Shown: in pieces, positions 37,404 to 47,847 of the stretch
Layout of the letters: each line of letters begins with the position of its first letter
Numbering within the stretch: the stretch's first letter is position 1
Source: an uncultured archaeon
Lineage (GTDB): Archaea; Aenigmatarchaeota; Aenigmatarchaeia; Aenigmatarchaeales; DAIDAN01
Length of the DNA stretch: 63,149 nt
Direction: 5' to 3'
NCBI GenBank assembly: GCA_964545795.1
Contig: CAZJGC010000001.1
Location: 72,585-135,733, forward strand
Translations under genes and position numbers: made by a program
Notes under the pieces: generated by a model
Seen by the model: only the letters and a program-made list of their open reading frames with translations
What the model was told of the DNA's origin: nothing
The model's database searches: none

Positions 37404-39047
37404 ATGAACTTATGGCATTTGTTAAAAAAGGATATTGAAAATCAGGTAGAAAAAGAAACAGGAAAAAAGGTAAAAATAGAAGAGCCGGAAAAGTTTGGAG
37501 ACCTTGCATTTGCATGTTTCTCGCTTGGCAAAAACCCTGCTGGCATTGCAGAAGATTTAGCCAAGAAAATAAAGCATGAATTTATTGAAAAAACTGAAGC
37601 AACAGGAGGTTATGTAAACCTTTACATAAATTGGGGAAAGTTCGGACAGAAACTTCTGACAGAATTAAATGATAATTATGGGTCGGACCATGAAGGAAAA
37701 ACAATACTAATAGACACATTCCAGCCAAATCCTTTCAAAGCCTTTCACATTGGTCATGTCAGAAATGCAGTGCTTGGAGAATCAATAAGGAGAATTCTGG
37801 AATTTTCAGGAAATAAAACAATAACAATAAGCTTCATGGGAGACGTTGGAATGCATGTTGCCAAATGGCTTTGGTATTTTAACAAATTTTACAAAGGAGA
37901 CATACCTGAAAACAACATAAGCAAATGGGCAGGAGAAATCTATGCGGAAGCAACAAGAAAAATTGAAGAAAATGAACAATACAACCAGGAAGCAAAAGAA
38001 CTTAATAAAAAACTTGAAGAAGGAGACGAACAACTAATAAAACAATGGAAGAAAATAAGAGATTTATGCATTAACGACTTTGCAAAAATTGCAGATGAAC
38101 TTGAAGTCAGAGTAGACAATAAAATTTTGGAAAGCATGACCGTGGACATAGGCAAAGAACTCATTAAAAAACTTTTTACGCAGGGAAAACTTGAAAAAAG
38201 CAATGGCGCAATTGTAATAAATCTGGAAAAATACAACCTTGGCGTATTTGTCCTGCTAAAAAGCGATGGCACGGCATTATACTCAACAAAGGATATGGGG
38301 CTTTTTGAAATTAAAAGAAAAAAATACAACTTTGATGAATCAATTTATGTTGTTGCATCAGAACAGGACTATTATTTCAGACAGCTTTTCAAAACCATGG
38401 AAATTCTCAATATTCCTGATTCTGAAAAAAACAAGCATATATCTTATGGTTTGGTTACACTGAAAGAAGGCAAGATGTCATCCAGAAAAGGAAATGTAAT
38501 ACTTTATGAAGATTTGCGCGACGAAGCTGTAAAAAGAGTTATAGAGGAAATTGAAAAAAGAAATCCTGAAACCAAGAATTTAGAAACCGCGAAAAAGGTT
38601 GCATTTGGAGCAATAAAATTTTCTATGCTGGCATTTGAAAACAACAAGCCAATTGTTTTTGACTGGAATGCTGTTCTGGATTTTGAAGGAAGAAGCGGGC
38701 CTTACTTGCAATACACATATGCAAGATGTTGCGGAATATTGAAGAATGAGAAACCATTAAACCCTGACATAAGTTTGCTTAAGCAAAAACAAGAAAAAGC
38801 AATAATCAAAAAAATTGCTTTGTTCCCTGAAGTTGTAGCCAACGCAAGAAAGAAGTATTCGCCCCATATAATAGCGAACTATCTTTTTGAACTTTGTCAG
38901 AATTTTAATACGTTTTATCAGACCTTGCCTGTGCTGAAAGCAGATAAAGAACTGAAAAATGCCAGATTGAAATTGGCGGAATCTGTAGCCGTTGTCTTGA
39001 AAACAGGCTTAAACTTATTGGGAATAGAAGCAGTTGAAAAAATGTAA
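37404..39047 (+). CDS. argS: Arginyl-tRNA synthetase
   Basis: Contains PNPFKAFHIGHVRNAVLG (HIGH), MSSRKGN, and the DALR-type C-terminal anticodon-binding region. Confidence 0.95.
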   Translation: MNLWHLLKKDIENQVEKETGKKVKIEEPEKFGDLAFACFSLGKNPAGIAEDLAKKIKHEFIEKTEATGGYVNLYINWGKFGQKLLTELNDNYGSDHEGKTILIDTFQPNPFKAFHIGHVRNAVLGESIRRILEFSGNKTITISFMGDVGMHVAKWLWYFNKFYKGDIPENNISKWAGEIYAEATRKIEENEQYNQEAKELNKKLEEGDEQLIKQWKKIRDLCINDFAKIADELEVRVDNKILESMTVDIGKELIKKLFTQGKLEKSNGAIVINLEKYNLGVFVLLKSDGTALYSTKDMGLFEIKRKKYNFDESIYVVASEQDYYFRQLFKTMEILNIPDSEKNKHISYGLVTLKEGKMSSRKGNVILYEDLRDEAVKRVIEEIEKRNPETKNLETAKKVAFGAIKFSMLAFENNKPIVFDWNAVLDFEGRSGPYLQYTYARCCGILKNEKPLNPDISLLKQKQEKAIIKKIALFPEVVANARKKYSPHIIANYLFELCQNFNTFYQTLPVLKADKELKNARLKLAESVAVVLKTGLNLLGIEAVEKM

Positions 39048-39051
39048 TTTA

Positions 39052-39567
39052 TTAAGCATATCTTAGAAGCGCCCGCACTTTTTCTATTGTCGCAAACAAA
39101 CTGTTTAAATTTGCCCCTACAATAGGCACCTGAAAATTCCTTTTTTTCATTTCATTCTCAAGTTCTTCTGTGAAAATTCCTTTTCCCGGCCCAATTTTTT
39201 TGCCTCCTTTTTCAAGCTGATAAACAGCGCATGTCGGAGAGAATTCAACCCCAAGAATGCCAAGAACATTATAATTTGCGCGCAAGTATTTTTCTATCTG
39301 GTCCAAAGTTTCTTTCGCAATTTTTCTGCAATGAGACCTAAAAGCCTTGTTGTCGTATGTTTCCTTTGTTGAAGGAGTGCGGTCAATGCCACTTCCGCCA
39401 TTAAAGGTAATCTGCGGGCAGGCAAGTTGCACAACCCCCACATCAGACTCCGCCAATATATCAACAAGTTCTCTGACTGAACCAGACGCTTTCTCTTTGC
39501 CCACAGCCTTAGCATTTTGGTTAAAAATGCAGTGTGAAACAAAAAGTATTTTTCTGCTTCTTTCCAT
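39052..39567 (-). CDS. DUF523-like Cys-containing protein
   Basis: The pattern ILFVSHCIFNQNAK...LACPQ...FSPTC recalls DUF523/TudS-like proteins. Confidence 0.5.
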   Translation of the reverse strand: MERSRKILFVSHCIFNQNAKAVGKEKASGSVRELVDILAESDVGVVQLACPQITFNGGSGIDRTPSTKETYDNKAFRSHCRKIAKETLDQIEKYLRANYNVLGILGVEFSPTCAVYQLEKGGKKIGPGKGIFTEELENEMKKRNFQVPIVGANLNSLFATIEKVRALLRYA

Positions 39568-39711
39568 GCAATCACACTATTTTAAATGAAAACCCAAAAT
39601 CAGTTATTTACTATATATATTGTATTAATCCTATTTAAAGGTTTATTATTGAGTAGTTAAAATGAACTATTGTTCGTCAATATATTAATACTTGATAATA
39701 TCAGTGTTTTT

Positions 39712-40431
39712 ATGAAAGATAAACCTGTTTTTCTTGGCAATGCTCTCTTGGTTTCTGATGCCCTCATTATATGCGACCTTCACCTAGGGCTGGAATACGA
39801 GCTGTTGCTGTCAGGAATAAGAATACCAAGCCAAACCGAAAAAATCAAGCAAGAAATTAAAAAAATGTTGAAAAAAACAAAATCAAAACACTTAATACTT
39901 CTTGGCGATATAAAACACAATATATCATTTCCAACATGGCAGGAAAAACAGGAACTCCCTGAATTTTTCAAAAGTTTTCATGTAAAAATATCAGTTGTAA
40001 AAGGCAATCATGACGGAAATATAGAAAAATTTGCAGATAATATGGAAGTATATGGCAGCAGCGGAATGAAATTCGGAAATATGGGTTTGCTGCATGGCCA
40101 AGGCTGGCCCAAGCCTGAAATTATGCATTGCAAATATCTTGTTATTGCGCACAATCATCCAATGATAGAAGTCAAAGATAAATTTCTTATTAACAAAGAG
40201 CAATGCTGGCTTGTATGCAAACCAAAAAAAGAAGTGCTGGAAAAAAAATTTGGCATATGCAAAATAGAGCAAATTATATTTATGCCTGCATTTAACAAAC
40301 TGCTTGGCGGCATGGCTTTTAACAAAAAAGATTTTAAACCAATCGGGCCTGTTTTTAAATTTGCAGAATGGAAGAAATCAGAAGTTTTCCTGACTGACGG
40401 GACTTTTTTGGGCACATTAGACAAACTGTAA
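39712..40431 (+). CDS. Metallophosphoesterase (ICC/MJ0037-like)
   Basis: Contains CDLHLG, LLGDIKHN, GNHD and AHNHP motifs. I prefer the ATG at 39712 over the TTG at 39670. Confidence 0.7.
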   Translation: MKDKPVFLGNALLVSDALIICDLHLGLEYELLLSGIRIPSQTEKIKQEIKKMLKKTKSKHLILLGDIKHNISFPTWQEKQELPEFFKSFHVKISVVKGNHDGNIEKFADNMEVYGSSGMKFGNMGLLHGQGWPKPEIMHCKYLVIAHNHPMIEVKDKFLINKEQCWLVCKPKKEVLEKKFGICKIEQIIFMPAFNKLLGGMAFNKKDFKPIGPVFKFAEWKKSEVFLTDGTFLGTLDKL

Positions 40432-40800
40432 TTATTCTGCCACTTCAGAGGCAGAACTTTGAGAAAACATCTCCTGAATCTTTTTCTGCAATTCAGCAAG
40501 CTTTTCCTTTGTTTTTTCTTCCTGTTTTTCCAGAGACTTTAATTTTGTTTCAAGTGTTTCTTTTTTGTTATTCAAATCTTCCATAAGTTTGCCTTTTTCT
40601 GCCTTTATAAGAATGGGACCTACTGCTTTATACACTGTCTCATTTTCCTTTGCCTTCTCAAGCTCCTCCAGAGCATTTTCAATCTCGCTATTCTGCACAT
40701 TTAAAGACTCTTTCTGTATTAAAATATTCTGCAAAAGCTGCTGAAAAGACTGCATCTGCATAACAATCTGCTGAGCCTCAGGAGCAAGTTCATCCGCCAT
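40432..40800 (-). CDS. pfdB: Prefoldin beta subunit
   Basis: Coiled-coil ends with a central VYKAVGPILIK hairpin motif. Confidence 0.85.
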   Translation of the reverse strand: MADELAPEAQQIVMQMQSFQQLLQNILIQKESLNVQNSEIENALEELEKAKENETVYKAVGPILIKAEKGKLMEDLNNKKETLETKLKSLEKQEEKTKEKLAELQKKIQEMFSQSSASEVAE

Positions 40801-40852
40801 TTTTAACAACCTTTACTATTTAATTTTATTTTCAAGTATTTAATATTATGTT

Positions 40853-41059
40853 TTAATCATTGGAGACGCAGGCATTGATAAGCCTCAAATAGGAATTAAT
40901 GCCTGCCATAAGAGATGATATTTTTTCCGCTTTAACATTCAAAACAAGCATGTTTTTCTTAATTTCAAGATTGACATCAAAAGCATCATCTTTTTCAATT
41001 TCAACTGCTTTTTTTACAAGTTCAGGATTTTCGCATTCAACTTCAACAACAGCTCTCAT
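40853..41059 (-). CDS. pcc1: KEOPS subunit Pcc1-like
   Basis: About 68 aa, MRAVVEVECENPELVKKAVEIE...SYLRLINAC. The position next to pfdB is common in archaea. Confidence 0.65.
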   Translation of the reverse strand: MRAVVEVECENPELVKKAVEIEKDDAFDVNLEIKKNMLVLNVKAEKISSLMAGINSYLRLINACVSND

Positions 41060-41082
41060 AATCAATTGTAATTATTTGACAC

Positions 41083-42270
41083 TTAAATACCTAACTTTTC
41101 TATTATGTTTATCTCTCTTATTGTCCTGTGCCTCTCCTCATAGTCTAAAAATGGGAATTTGTGCCGAATATCATATTTCTTTAATGGGTCTATTAACACA
41201 CATCCTTTGCATAGTTTTTCTATATCCAATCTAACCAAACCATGTTCAGTTCTGAAACAGGGCGAAACCAATACTATCCTCTTGCCGGGTTTTATTATTT
41301 CAACCATATTCTTTATGGCTTCTTCATAAAGAGTTTTTATTTTATCTAAAATTTTTCTGGCTTGCCTGTAATCCGGTTTCTGTTTTAAAGGAGGCCCGAG
41401 ATACGGCTCTGTGACTATCGCATCTATGCTGTTTCTGCCAAAAAATCTCAAAAGATTTTCTGCATTGCCAACAATTATTTTTTTATTTAAGTGTTCAATT
41501 TCATATTCCTTTTGCAGCCAATCCAGGTTTTTAAGGCAGGCATTAACAGCATTTTTGTCAATATCAACTCCCCTAATATCATACCCCATTAACGCAGCCT
41601 CCTGCAGTATAGTTCCTATGCCGCAGAAAGGGTCAAGAAGAATGCCGTTCTTCGCGCATGACAAGTTTATCATGATTTTGCATAACCTTGGAGGTATTGA
41701 ATAGATTGTTCTCTGCGCAGGTCTTTTAATGTCTCTTTTCCGGAAATCAAAAGGATTATGAACAAACAAAGTTTTTCCAACATAAAACCTTTTGCCTGAA
41801 CATAAGATTACTTCAAATGAATTTTCTATAAGTTTTTTCTTAATTACTTCAGCATTTGCCAATACAGACCTGCCTTCCGGAAGATGCATATATCCTGCCT
41901 TTAATCCATTCTCCTTCATTTTAGATTTAAACAACTCTGAAAATAAAATTTGTTCTTTTCTGGAATTATAAGAACTTACGCCAAATACTGATTTGCCTGT
42001 TATATTTCTGAATAAATTACTAAAATCCAGACTTTGTTCAACTTCCTTTATTGGATTTTCAGGTTTCGCGGAAAAAATTACTTCAGCTATTTTTAATGTG
42101 CCTCCAAGGTCGTTCATTATGCCTGAAGGAAGCCCATTGCAGCCAATAAGCGCAAACGCATTGGAATAATCTCTAATTTCAAAATCTATTTCTCTTGCCT
42201 CAAAATAACAAACTATCTCTGCCAGTGAAATGTCAGGATTCTTGCCGCAAATAAATATAAATTCTTTCAT
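41083..42270 (-). CDS. THUMP-type RNA (tRNA guanine-N2) methyltransferase, UPF0020/Trm14-like
   Basis: Contains LLDPFCGIGTILQEAALMG (SAM motif I) and VTEPYLGPP (motif IV). Confidence 0.7.
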   Translation of the reverse strand: MKEFIFICGKNPDISLAEIVCYFEAREIDFEIRDYSNAFALIGCNGLPSGIMNDLGGTLKIAEVIFSAKPENPIKEVEQSLDFSNLFRNITGKSVFGVSSYNSRKEQILFSELFKSKMKENGLKAGYMHLPEGRSVLANAEVIKKKLIENSFEVILCSGKRFYVGKTLFVHNPFDFRKRDIKRPAQRTIYSIPPRLCKIMINLSCAKNGILLDPFCGIGTILQEAALMGYDIRGVDIDKNAVNACLKNLDWLQKEYEIEHLNKKIIVGNAENLLRFFGRNSIDAIVTEPYLGPPLKQKPDYRQARKILDKIKTLYEEAIKNMVEIIKPGKRIVLVSPCFRTEHGLVRLDIEKLCKGCVLIDPLKKYDIRHKFPFLDYEERHRTIREINIIEKLGI

Positions 42271-42357
42271 AAATACTATTGGTTTATCAGAAACAAATAT
42301 ATAAAAAGTTTTAAGCATAATTTTATTTAAACAATTGACTGGGGGTTATCATGGCCG

Positions 42358-42597
42358 GTGAACTACAAATCCGTGAAATATGTTCTTTCTAACAACTCGG
42401 AAGTTACGGACTCGGTAATTAAATTATTGAAAAGCGAATGCATAAAATATAACGCAAACTTCTATAATTTATCAGATTATTGGATTATTGAAGGCGCAGT
42501 TCAAAATATAAATAGACTGGTTGAGAAATGGAATATTGGAGGATTGCCAAAACTCAAAGAATATAAAAATGACTTTGTTAATAGTAATAGTGATTAA
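42358..42597 (+). CDS. Hypothetical small protein
   Basis: ORF only, with a GTG start. Confidence 0.3.
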   Translation: MNYKSVKYVLSNNSEVTDSVIKLLKSECIKYNANFYNLSDYWIIEGAVQNINRLVEKWNIGGLPKLKEYKNDFVNSNSD

Positions 42598-42616
42598 ATA
42601 GTAATAGTGATTATAT

Positions 42617-45600
42617 ATGAGCAACTATAATCCAAAAGAGGCTGAAGAAAAAGTTCTGAAATTCTGGAAAGAAAACAAGATGTTTGAAAAATCTCTGCAG
42701 AAAGATTCGCCAAAAGGCAGCTATATTTTTTATGACGGCCCGCCCTTTATTACAGGACTTCCTCATTATGCTACATTGTTGCCAAGCATAATAAAAGATG
42801 CAGTGCCAAGATACTGGACTATGAAGGGATATCATGTTGAAAGAGTGTGGGGCTGGGATTGCCATGGCTTGCCTGCAGAAAACAAAGTAGAACAGCAACT
42901 TGGGCTAAAAAATAAGAAAGACATTGAAAACCTTGGAATTGGCAATTTCATAAATGCCTGCAGGAAATATGTTGAAGAAGGCTCTGAACAATGGAGATGG
43001 TATATAGACAGAATAGGGCGCTGGGTGGATATGGACAATGCCTATAGGACAATGGACTTAGGATTTATGGAAAGCGTGATATGGGCATTTAAAGAACTAT
43101 ACAAAAAGGGATTAATATATGAAGATTATAGAACATCTTTGCATTGCCCGCGTTGCGCCACTCCTTTGTCAAAATTTGAAATTACAATGGACGCCGGTTC
43201 TTATAGAACAATAACAGAAAAATCAATTGTTGTGAAATTTAAACTGAAGAATGAAGATAACACATATGTTCTGGTATGGACAACAACCCCATGGACTTTG
43301 CCGGGAAATTTTGCTCTGGCTGTCGGAGAAAATATTGATTATGTGAAAGTTGAGTGCGAAGGCGAATATTATATTCTGGCAGAAAACAGGGTTAAAGAAA
43401 TTCTAAAAGGAAAAAAATACGAAATAAAAGAGCATTTCAAAGGCTCTAAATTGTTTGGTTTAAGATATGAACCTATTTTTGAGACTGACAATAAAGAAAT
43501 AAAAAACAATGAAAACGTCTATAAGATTTATACAGATGATTTTGTCACAACTGAAGACGGCACGGGCATAGTTCATATTGCACAGAATTTTGGAGAAGAT
43601 GATTTTAATTTTGGCAAAAAATACAACCTGCCTTTTATTGACATTATGGATGAGAATGGATATTATACAGACGAAGCCGGAGAATGGAAAGGCACTTACT
43701 TTAAAGATGCAAACAAAAAGGTTGTTGAAAAACTTGGAAACAAACTATTTTCTGCATTTGACTTTACTCACCAATATCCTTTCTGCTACAGATGCAGCAC
43801 TCCCTTAATTTACAAAACCCAGAAAGCATGGTATCTGAATATTTCGTCAATACGGCAAAAACTTTTGGACACAAACAAACTAATTAATTGGATTCCGGAA
43901 TTTTTCAAGGAAGGCAGGTTTGAATATAATCTAAGAACAGCGCCTGACTGGTGCCTGTCGCGCTCCAGATATTGGGGCTCACCTATTCCTGTATGGAAAT
44001 GCGAAAAATGCCTTGATGAAAAGGTTGTTGGCTCTATAAAGGAGATAGAAGAATTAAGCGGAAAAGAAATAAAAGATTTGCACAAGCCTGATATTGACGA
44101 AATAACATTTGCATGCGAAAAATGCTCAGGCACAATGAAGCGCGTTCCGGAAGTTCTTGACTGCTGGTTTGAGTCAGGCTCAATGCCATTCGCGCAATGG
44201 CACTATCCGTTTAAAAGAAAAGAAGAGTTCAAAAAAATCTTTCCTGCCGACTTTATAGTTGAATATACAGGACAGTTGAGGGGATGGTTCTATTACCTGC
44301 ATGTTCTCTCAAACTGCCTGTTTGATTCCATATCTTTTAAGAATGTGATTGTTACAGGCGTGCTTGCAGGCACAGACGGACGCAAAATGAGCAAATCTTA
44401 CGGAAATTATCCTGACCCAAGAGAGGTTTTGGAAAAATATGGAAGCGATGCTCTGCGCTACTACTTTATGAGCAGCCCCATATTAATTGGAGAGGATATG
44501 AGTCTATCTGAAAAGAATATTGAAGAATCCCTGAGAAAAACTGTTATGCTTTTCTGGAATGTGTACAAATTTTATGAAATATACGAAGATGAAGTTTCTG
44601 GACATGTAGATATTGAAAATACTCTGGACAAATGGATTTTATCAAGATTAAACTCATTGAACAAAGAAATAACAGAAGGCATGGAATCTTACAATATTCC
44701 CAGAGCTGTAAGACCTATTGAAAGATTTATTAATGAACTTTCAACATGGTACTTGCGGCTTAGCAGAGACAGATTTAAAAGCAGCAACAAAGAAGACAGA
44801 AAATCTGTCTTATGGACGACAAGGCACGTGCTTCTGGAATCATCAAAACTATTTGCGCCCTTCATACCATTTATATCAGAATATGTATGGCAGAAAATAG
44901 AAAAATATGACTTTAACAACAAAGACAAATCTGTGCATTTGTGCAATTGGCCGGAACCAGACGAAGGCAGGATTGACAAGGCTCTGGAAAACCGCATGGA
45001 AATAATCAAAAAAATTGTTGAAGCATCAAACTCAATAAGGCAGGAGAATAACATAAAATTAAAATACGCATTAAAATCAATCATAATTTCAGGCAATAAA
45101 GAAGTTGCAGAATCTGTGAAAATGCTTGAAGGCATTCTCAAAAAAATGGCTAATGTAAAAGAAGTGGAAATAACAGAGGATAAAATAAAATATGAAGCAA
45201 AAATAAACTACGCTGTTGCAGGAAAAGAGCTTGGAAAAGATGTAAGCAAACTGAAAGAAGTATTGAGCAACATTGATGCAAACAAACTGAAAGAGATATT
45301 TGATGAAAAGAATGAAGAAGTCATAAATGGCATTGCAGTAAAAAGGGATTATATTATCTTTAAAGAAGTTTCTGAAAAGGGAGATTCAAAAAGATTTGAC
45401 CAAGGCTTGGTTAGACTTAACCTTGAAATATCTGAAGAACTAAAAGAAGAATGGCTTTTAAGAGAGATTGTGCGCGCAATACAGAATAAAAGAAAGGAGA
45501 TGGGCCTTAAAATTTCTGATAAAGCAAAGGTTTATCTCCCGCCGGAACTAAAATATATTGAAGATGAAGTAAAAAGAGAAACCGGGAGCATTGTTGCATT

Positions 45601-45676
45601 TGATGATGCCGCAGAATTTGAGAATGAAATTGAGTTTGAAGGAAAGAAATACGGCTTCAAATTGGAAAAACTATAA
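42617..45676 (+). CDS. ileS: Isoleucyl-tRNA synthetase (archaeal/eukaryotic type)
   Basis: Contains FYDGPPFITGLPHYAT, WDCHGLP, the editing-domain TTTPWTLPGN, and KMSKSYGN. Confidence 0.95.
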   Translation: MSNYNPKEAEEKVLKFWKENKMFEKSLQKDSPKGSYIFYDGPPFITGLPHYATLLPSIIKDAVPRYWTMKGYHVERVWGWDCHGLPAENKVEQQLGLKNKKDIENLGIGNFINACRKYVEEGSEQWRWYIDRIGRWVDMDNAYRTMDLGFMESVIWAFKELYKKGLIYEDYRTSLHCPRCATPLSKFEITMDAGSYRTITEKSIVVKFKLKNEDNTYVLVWTTTPWTLPGNFALAVGENIDYVKVECEGEYYILAENRVKEILKGKKYEIKEHFKGSKLFGLRYEPIFETDNKEIKNNENVYKIYTDDFVTTEDGTGIVHIAQNFGEDDFNFGKKYNLPFIDIMDENGYYTDEAGEWKGTYFKDANKKVVEKLGNKLFSAFDFTHQYPFCYRCSTPLIYKTQKAWYLNISSIRQKLLDTNKLINWIPEFFKEGRFEYNLRTAPDWCLSRSRYWGSPIPVWKCEKCLDEKVVGSIKEIEELSGKEIKDLHKPDIDEITFACEKCSGTMKRVPEVLDCWFESGSMPFAQWHYPFKRKEEFKKIFPADFIVEYTGQLRGWFYYLHVLSNCLFDSISFKNVIVTGVLAGTDGRKMSKSYGNYPDPREVLEKYGSDALRYYFMSSPILIGEDMSLSEKNIEESLRKTVMLFWNVYKFYEIYEDEVSGHVDIENTLDKWILSRLNSLNKEITEGMESYNIPRAVRPIERFINELSTWYLRLSRDRFKSSNKEDRKSVLWTTRHVLLESSKLFAPFIPFISEYVWQKIEKYDFNNKDKSVHLCNWPEPDEGRIDKALENRMEIIKKIVEASNSIRQENNIKLKYALKSIIISGNKEVAESVKMLEGILKKMANVKEVEITEDKIKYEAKINYAVAGKELGKDVSKLKEVLSNIDANKLKEIFDEKNEEVINGIAVKRDYIIFKEVSEKGDSKRFDQGLVRLNLEISEELKEEWLLREIVRAIQNKRKEMGLKISDKAKVYLPPELKYIEDEVKRETGSIVAFDDAAEFENEIEFEGKKYGFKLEKL

Positions 45677-45692
45677 GTGAGAGGTTCTGCTT

Positions 45693-46271
45693 ATGAATCA
45701 ATTGATTGAACTTGCTGAAAAGATAAAAGACAAAAATCTTAGGGAAAAAACAATAAAACTTTTAAAAGACCCGCAAATAAGCAATGCAGAAATTAATTAT
45801 CCAAAAGCGGACTTGAAAAAGATGCCTGCATGGGTAAATGCTCACCATTTTTATGAAGGCGGACTTGCAGAACATACCGCTTCTGTTACAGAACTCTCCA
45901 TTTCAATAGCAAAAACTTTTGAAAAAATTTACAGTGCAAAAATAAACATGGATTTTCTGATTTCAGGAGCGCTTTTGCATGACATAATGAAAGTATTCAT
46001 TGTTACAAAAGAAAACGGGCAGTGGGAACTTACAAGATGCGTTTTGGACCATGCCGTATTCTCTGCGTCAGAGCTTTATGCAAGGGGGTTTCCTGAAGAA
46101 GTTATACACATTGTAGCAAGCCATGGAGGAGATTTGGGAGCATCGTGCGCAAACCCAAAAACAAAAGAAGCGTTAATTGTCCTGTATGCTGATATGCTTG
46201 ATTCAGCCTTTGAAACCTCACTAAACGCAAACAAAGACTTTATATCTTTGCTTCTTTCCCAGAAACAGTAA
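45693..46271 (+). CDS. HD-domain phosphohydrolase
   Basis: Contains H...LLHDIMK...H...D residues typical of the HD superfamily. Confidence 0.7.
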   Translation: MNQLIELAEKIKDKNLREKTIKLLKDPQISNAEINYPKADLKKMPAWVNAHHFYEGGLAEHTASVTELSISIAKTFEKIYSAKINMDFLISGALLHDIMKVFIVTKENGQWELTRCVLDHAVFSASELYARGFPEEVIHIVASHGGDLGASCANPKTKEALIVLYADMLDSAFETSLNANKDFISLLLSQKQ

Positions 46272-46309
46272 AAATCAGATATTTATTTGCATGCTCCGAA
46301 TATTTTAGC

Positions 46310-47326
46310 ATGAAGCCCGAGGAAAATGTTATTAACTTTATTAAAAACCTAAAAAAAGAAGACAATATAGCTCTTGTTTACCACAGGGACACTGACGGAC
46401 TTTGCAGCGGAGTCTTAATGAAAAAGGTTTTGAACACGTTTGGATTAAAACCTAAACTGATAGTCGCGCACCTTGAAAGGGAAGATATTCTCTCCAAACT
46501 GCAGCAGAATTTTGATGTTCTCATATTTGTTGACATTGCAATTGACCATTTAGACGGAAATTTCTGGAGCAAAAAACAAAGAGTGCTTTTAATAGACCAC
46601 CACCCTCCCTTTAAAGATTTATCTTCCAATAACATTGTCCATTACAACAATCATTTTTACGGAAACGGATATAAGCCTGCAAGCTATTTGGTTTACAAAC
46701 TATTTTCTGATTTGCTGAAAGATTATGAATGGATTTCTGTTATTGGAACAATTGCGGATTACGGATATGAAGACTGCAAAGATTTGTTGGACAAGCACTT
46801 CTCAGTGGAAAACAAAAAGGAGATGTTTAAAACAAGATATGGAAAAATAGCAGGCATGATTACAGGAGCATCTTTTATAATCGGATTTGAAAAAATATCT
46901 GATATTTTGTCTGAAAGCAAGCTCGCTGACATAGAAAACAATAAGAGCATATTAAAAGCATACGAAAAATATGAAATTGAAGTAGAAAGATGCAAAAAAG
47001 AATTCTGGAAGAATGCAGTTAATTACGGCAATATAGTTTTTTCTACATTTGAATCAGAATTTGAAAGAATCCAATCTCCGGTTTCAAGCATGCTGTCAAC
47101 TGAAAACCCGGACAAAGTTATAATACTTTACTATAATTCAGGAAAAGGCATAAAAATAAATGGCAGGACAAATCTTGACTACAACCTTGGCGATATTTTT
47201 AAGAAAGCCGCTTCATACGCAGGCGGTCAAGGCGGAGGGCATAAGCCAGCAGCAGGAGCTTTGATACCAAAAGGCAAGCTGGAAGACTTTAAGAAAAAGG
47301 TTATTGAACTTCTAAATAATTGTTAA
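46310..47326 (+). CDS. DHH/DHHA1 phosphoesterase (RecJ/GAN-like)
   Basis: Contains HRDTDGLCSG, LLIDHHPP and GGGHKPAAG motifs. Confidence 0.8.
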   Translation: MKPEENVINFIKNLKKEDNIALVYHRDTDGLCSGVLMKKVLNTFGLKPKLIVAHLEREDILSKLQQNFDVLIFVDIAIDHLDGNFWSKKQRVLLIDHHPPFKDLSSNNIVHYNNHFYGNGYKPASYLVYKLFSDLLKDYEWISVIGTIADYGYEDCKDLLDKHFSVENKKEMFKTRYGKIAGMITGASFIIGFEKISDILSESKLADIENNKSILKAYEKYEIEVERCKKEFWKNAVNYGNIVFSTFESEFERIQSPVSSMLSTENPDKVIILYYNSGKGIKINGRTNLDYNLGDIFKKAASYAGGQGGGHKPAAGALIPKGKLEDFKKKVIELLNNC

Positions 47327-47327
47327 A

Positions 47328-47819
47328 TTATGCTTTATCCTGCAAAAACCTGTAAACTGCCTTGAAACCCGAACCCTTTATTATCATTTCAACCGCCTTC
47401 TGGGCAGTCTGAATGTTTTCATAATCTCCTATTATTGAGACGGTTTTTCCATAAACTGATATCATGCACTTGGTTATTCTTTCCAGATTTTTTCTAACCT
47501 TTCCGTCTGTTCCTATTAATCTTGCTCTTATTCTCCTTAATGTGTTTTCATTGCCCTTGATTTCTATTACTACAAACTCCTTATCATCAAAAATCTCAAA
47601 TGCACGCTTAGGCGAAAAACCGCGCGATATGGCTTTTACAACAAGACATGCCTGATATGTTTCAATGCCTTCGCCTTCTACATTCACAGCATTTTCAGTT
47701 ATGAAAACCTTAGAGCAATGCCTTGCTATTACATCCAGAGTTTTTTTATTGAATATTCTTATTCTGTCTTTGGGCACAAGAATTGATGTTATCATATCAT
47801 ACTTATATGGCAAAACCAC
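47328..47819 (-). CDS. KH-domain RNA-processing protein (Dim2/Pno1-like)
   Basis: Two KH-like halves. LIGTDGKVRKNLERIT contains the GxxG signature. Confidence 0.7.
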   Translation of the reverse strand: MVLPYKYDMITSILVPKDRIRIFNKKTLDVIARHCSKVFITENAVNVEGEGIETYQACLVVKAISRGFSPKRAFEIFDDKEFVVIEIKGNENTLRRIRARLIGTDGKVRKNLERITKCMISVYGKTVSIIGDYENIQTAQKAVEMIIKGSGFKAVYRFLQDKA

Positions 47820-47847
47820 TTAAATATTTGAACATAAATGTTTTATT

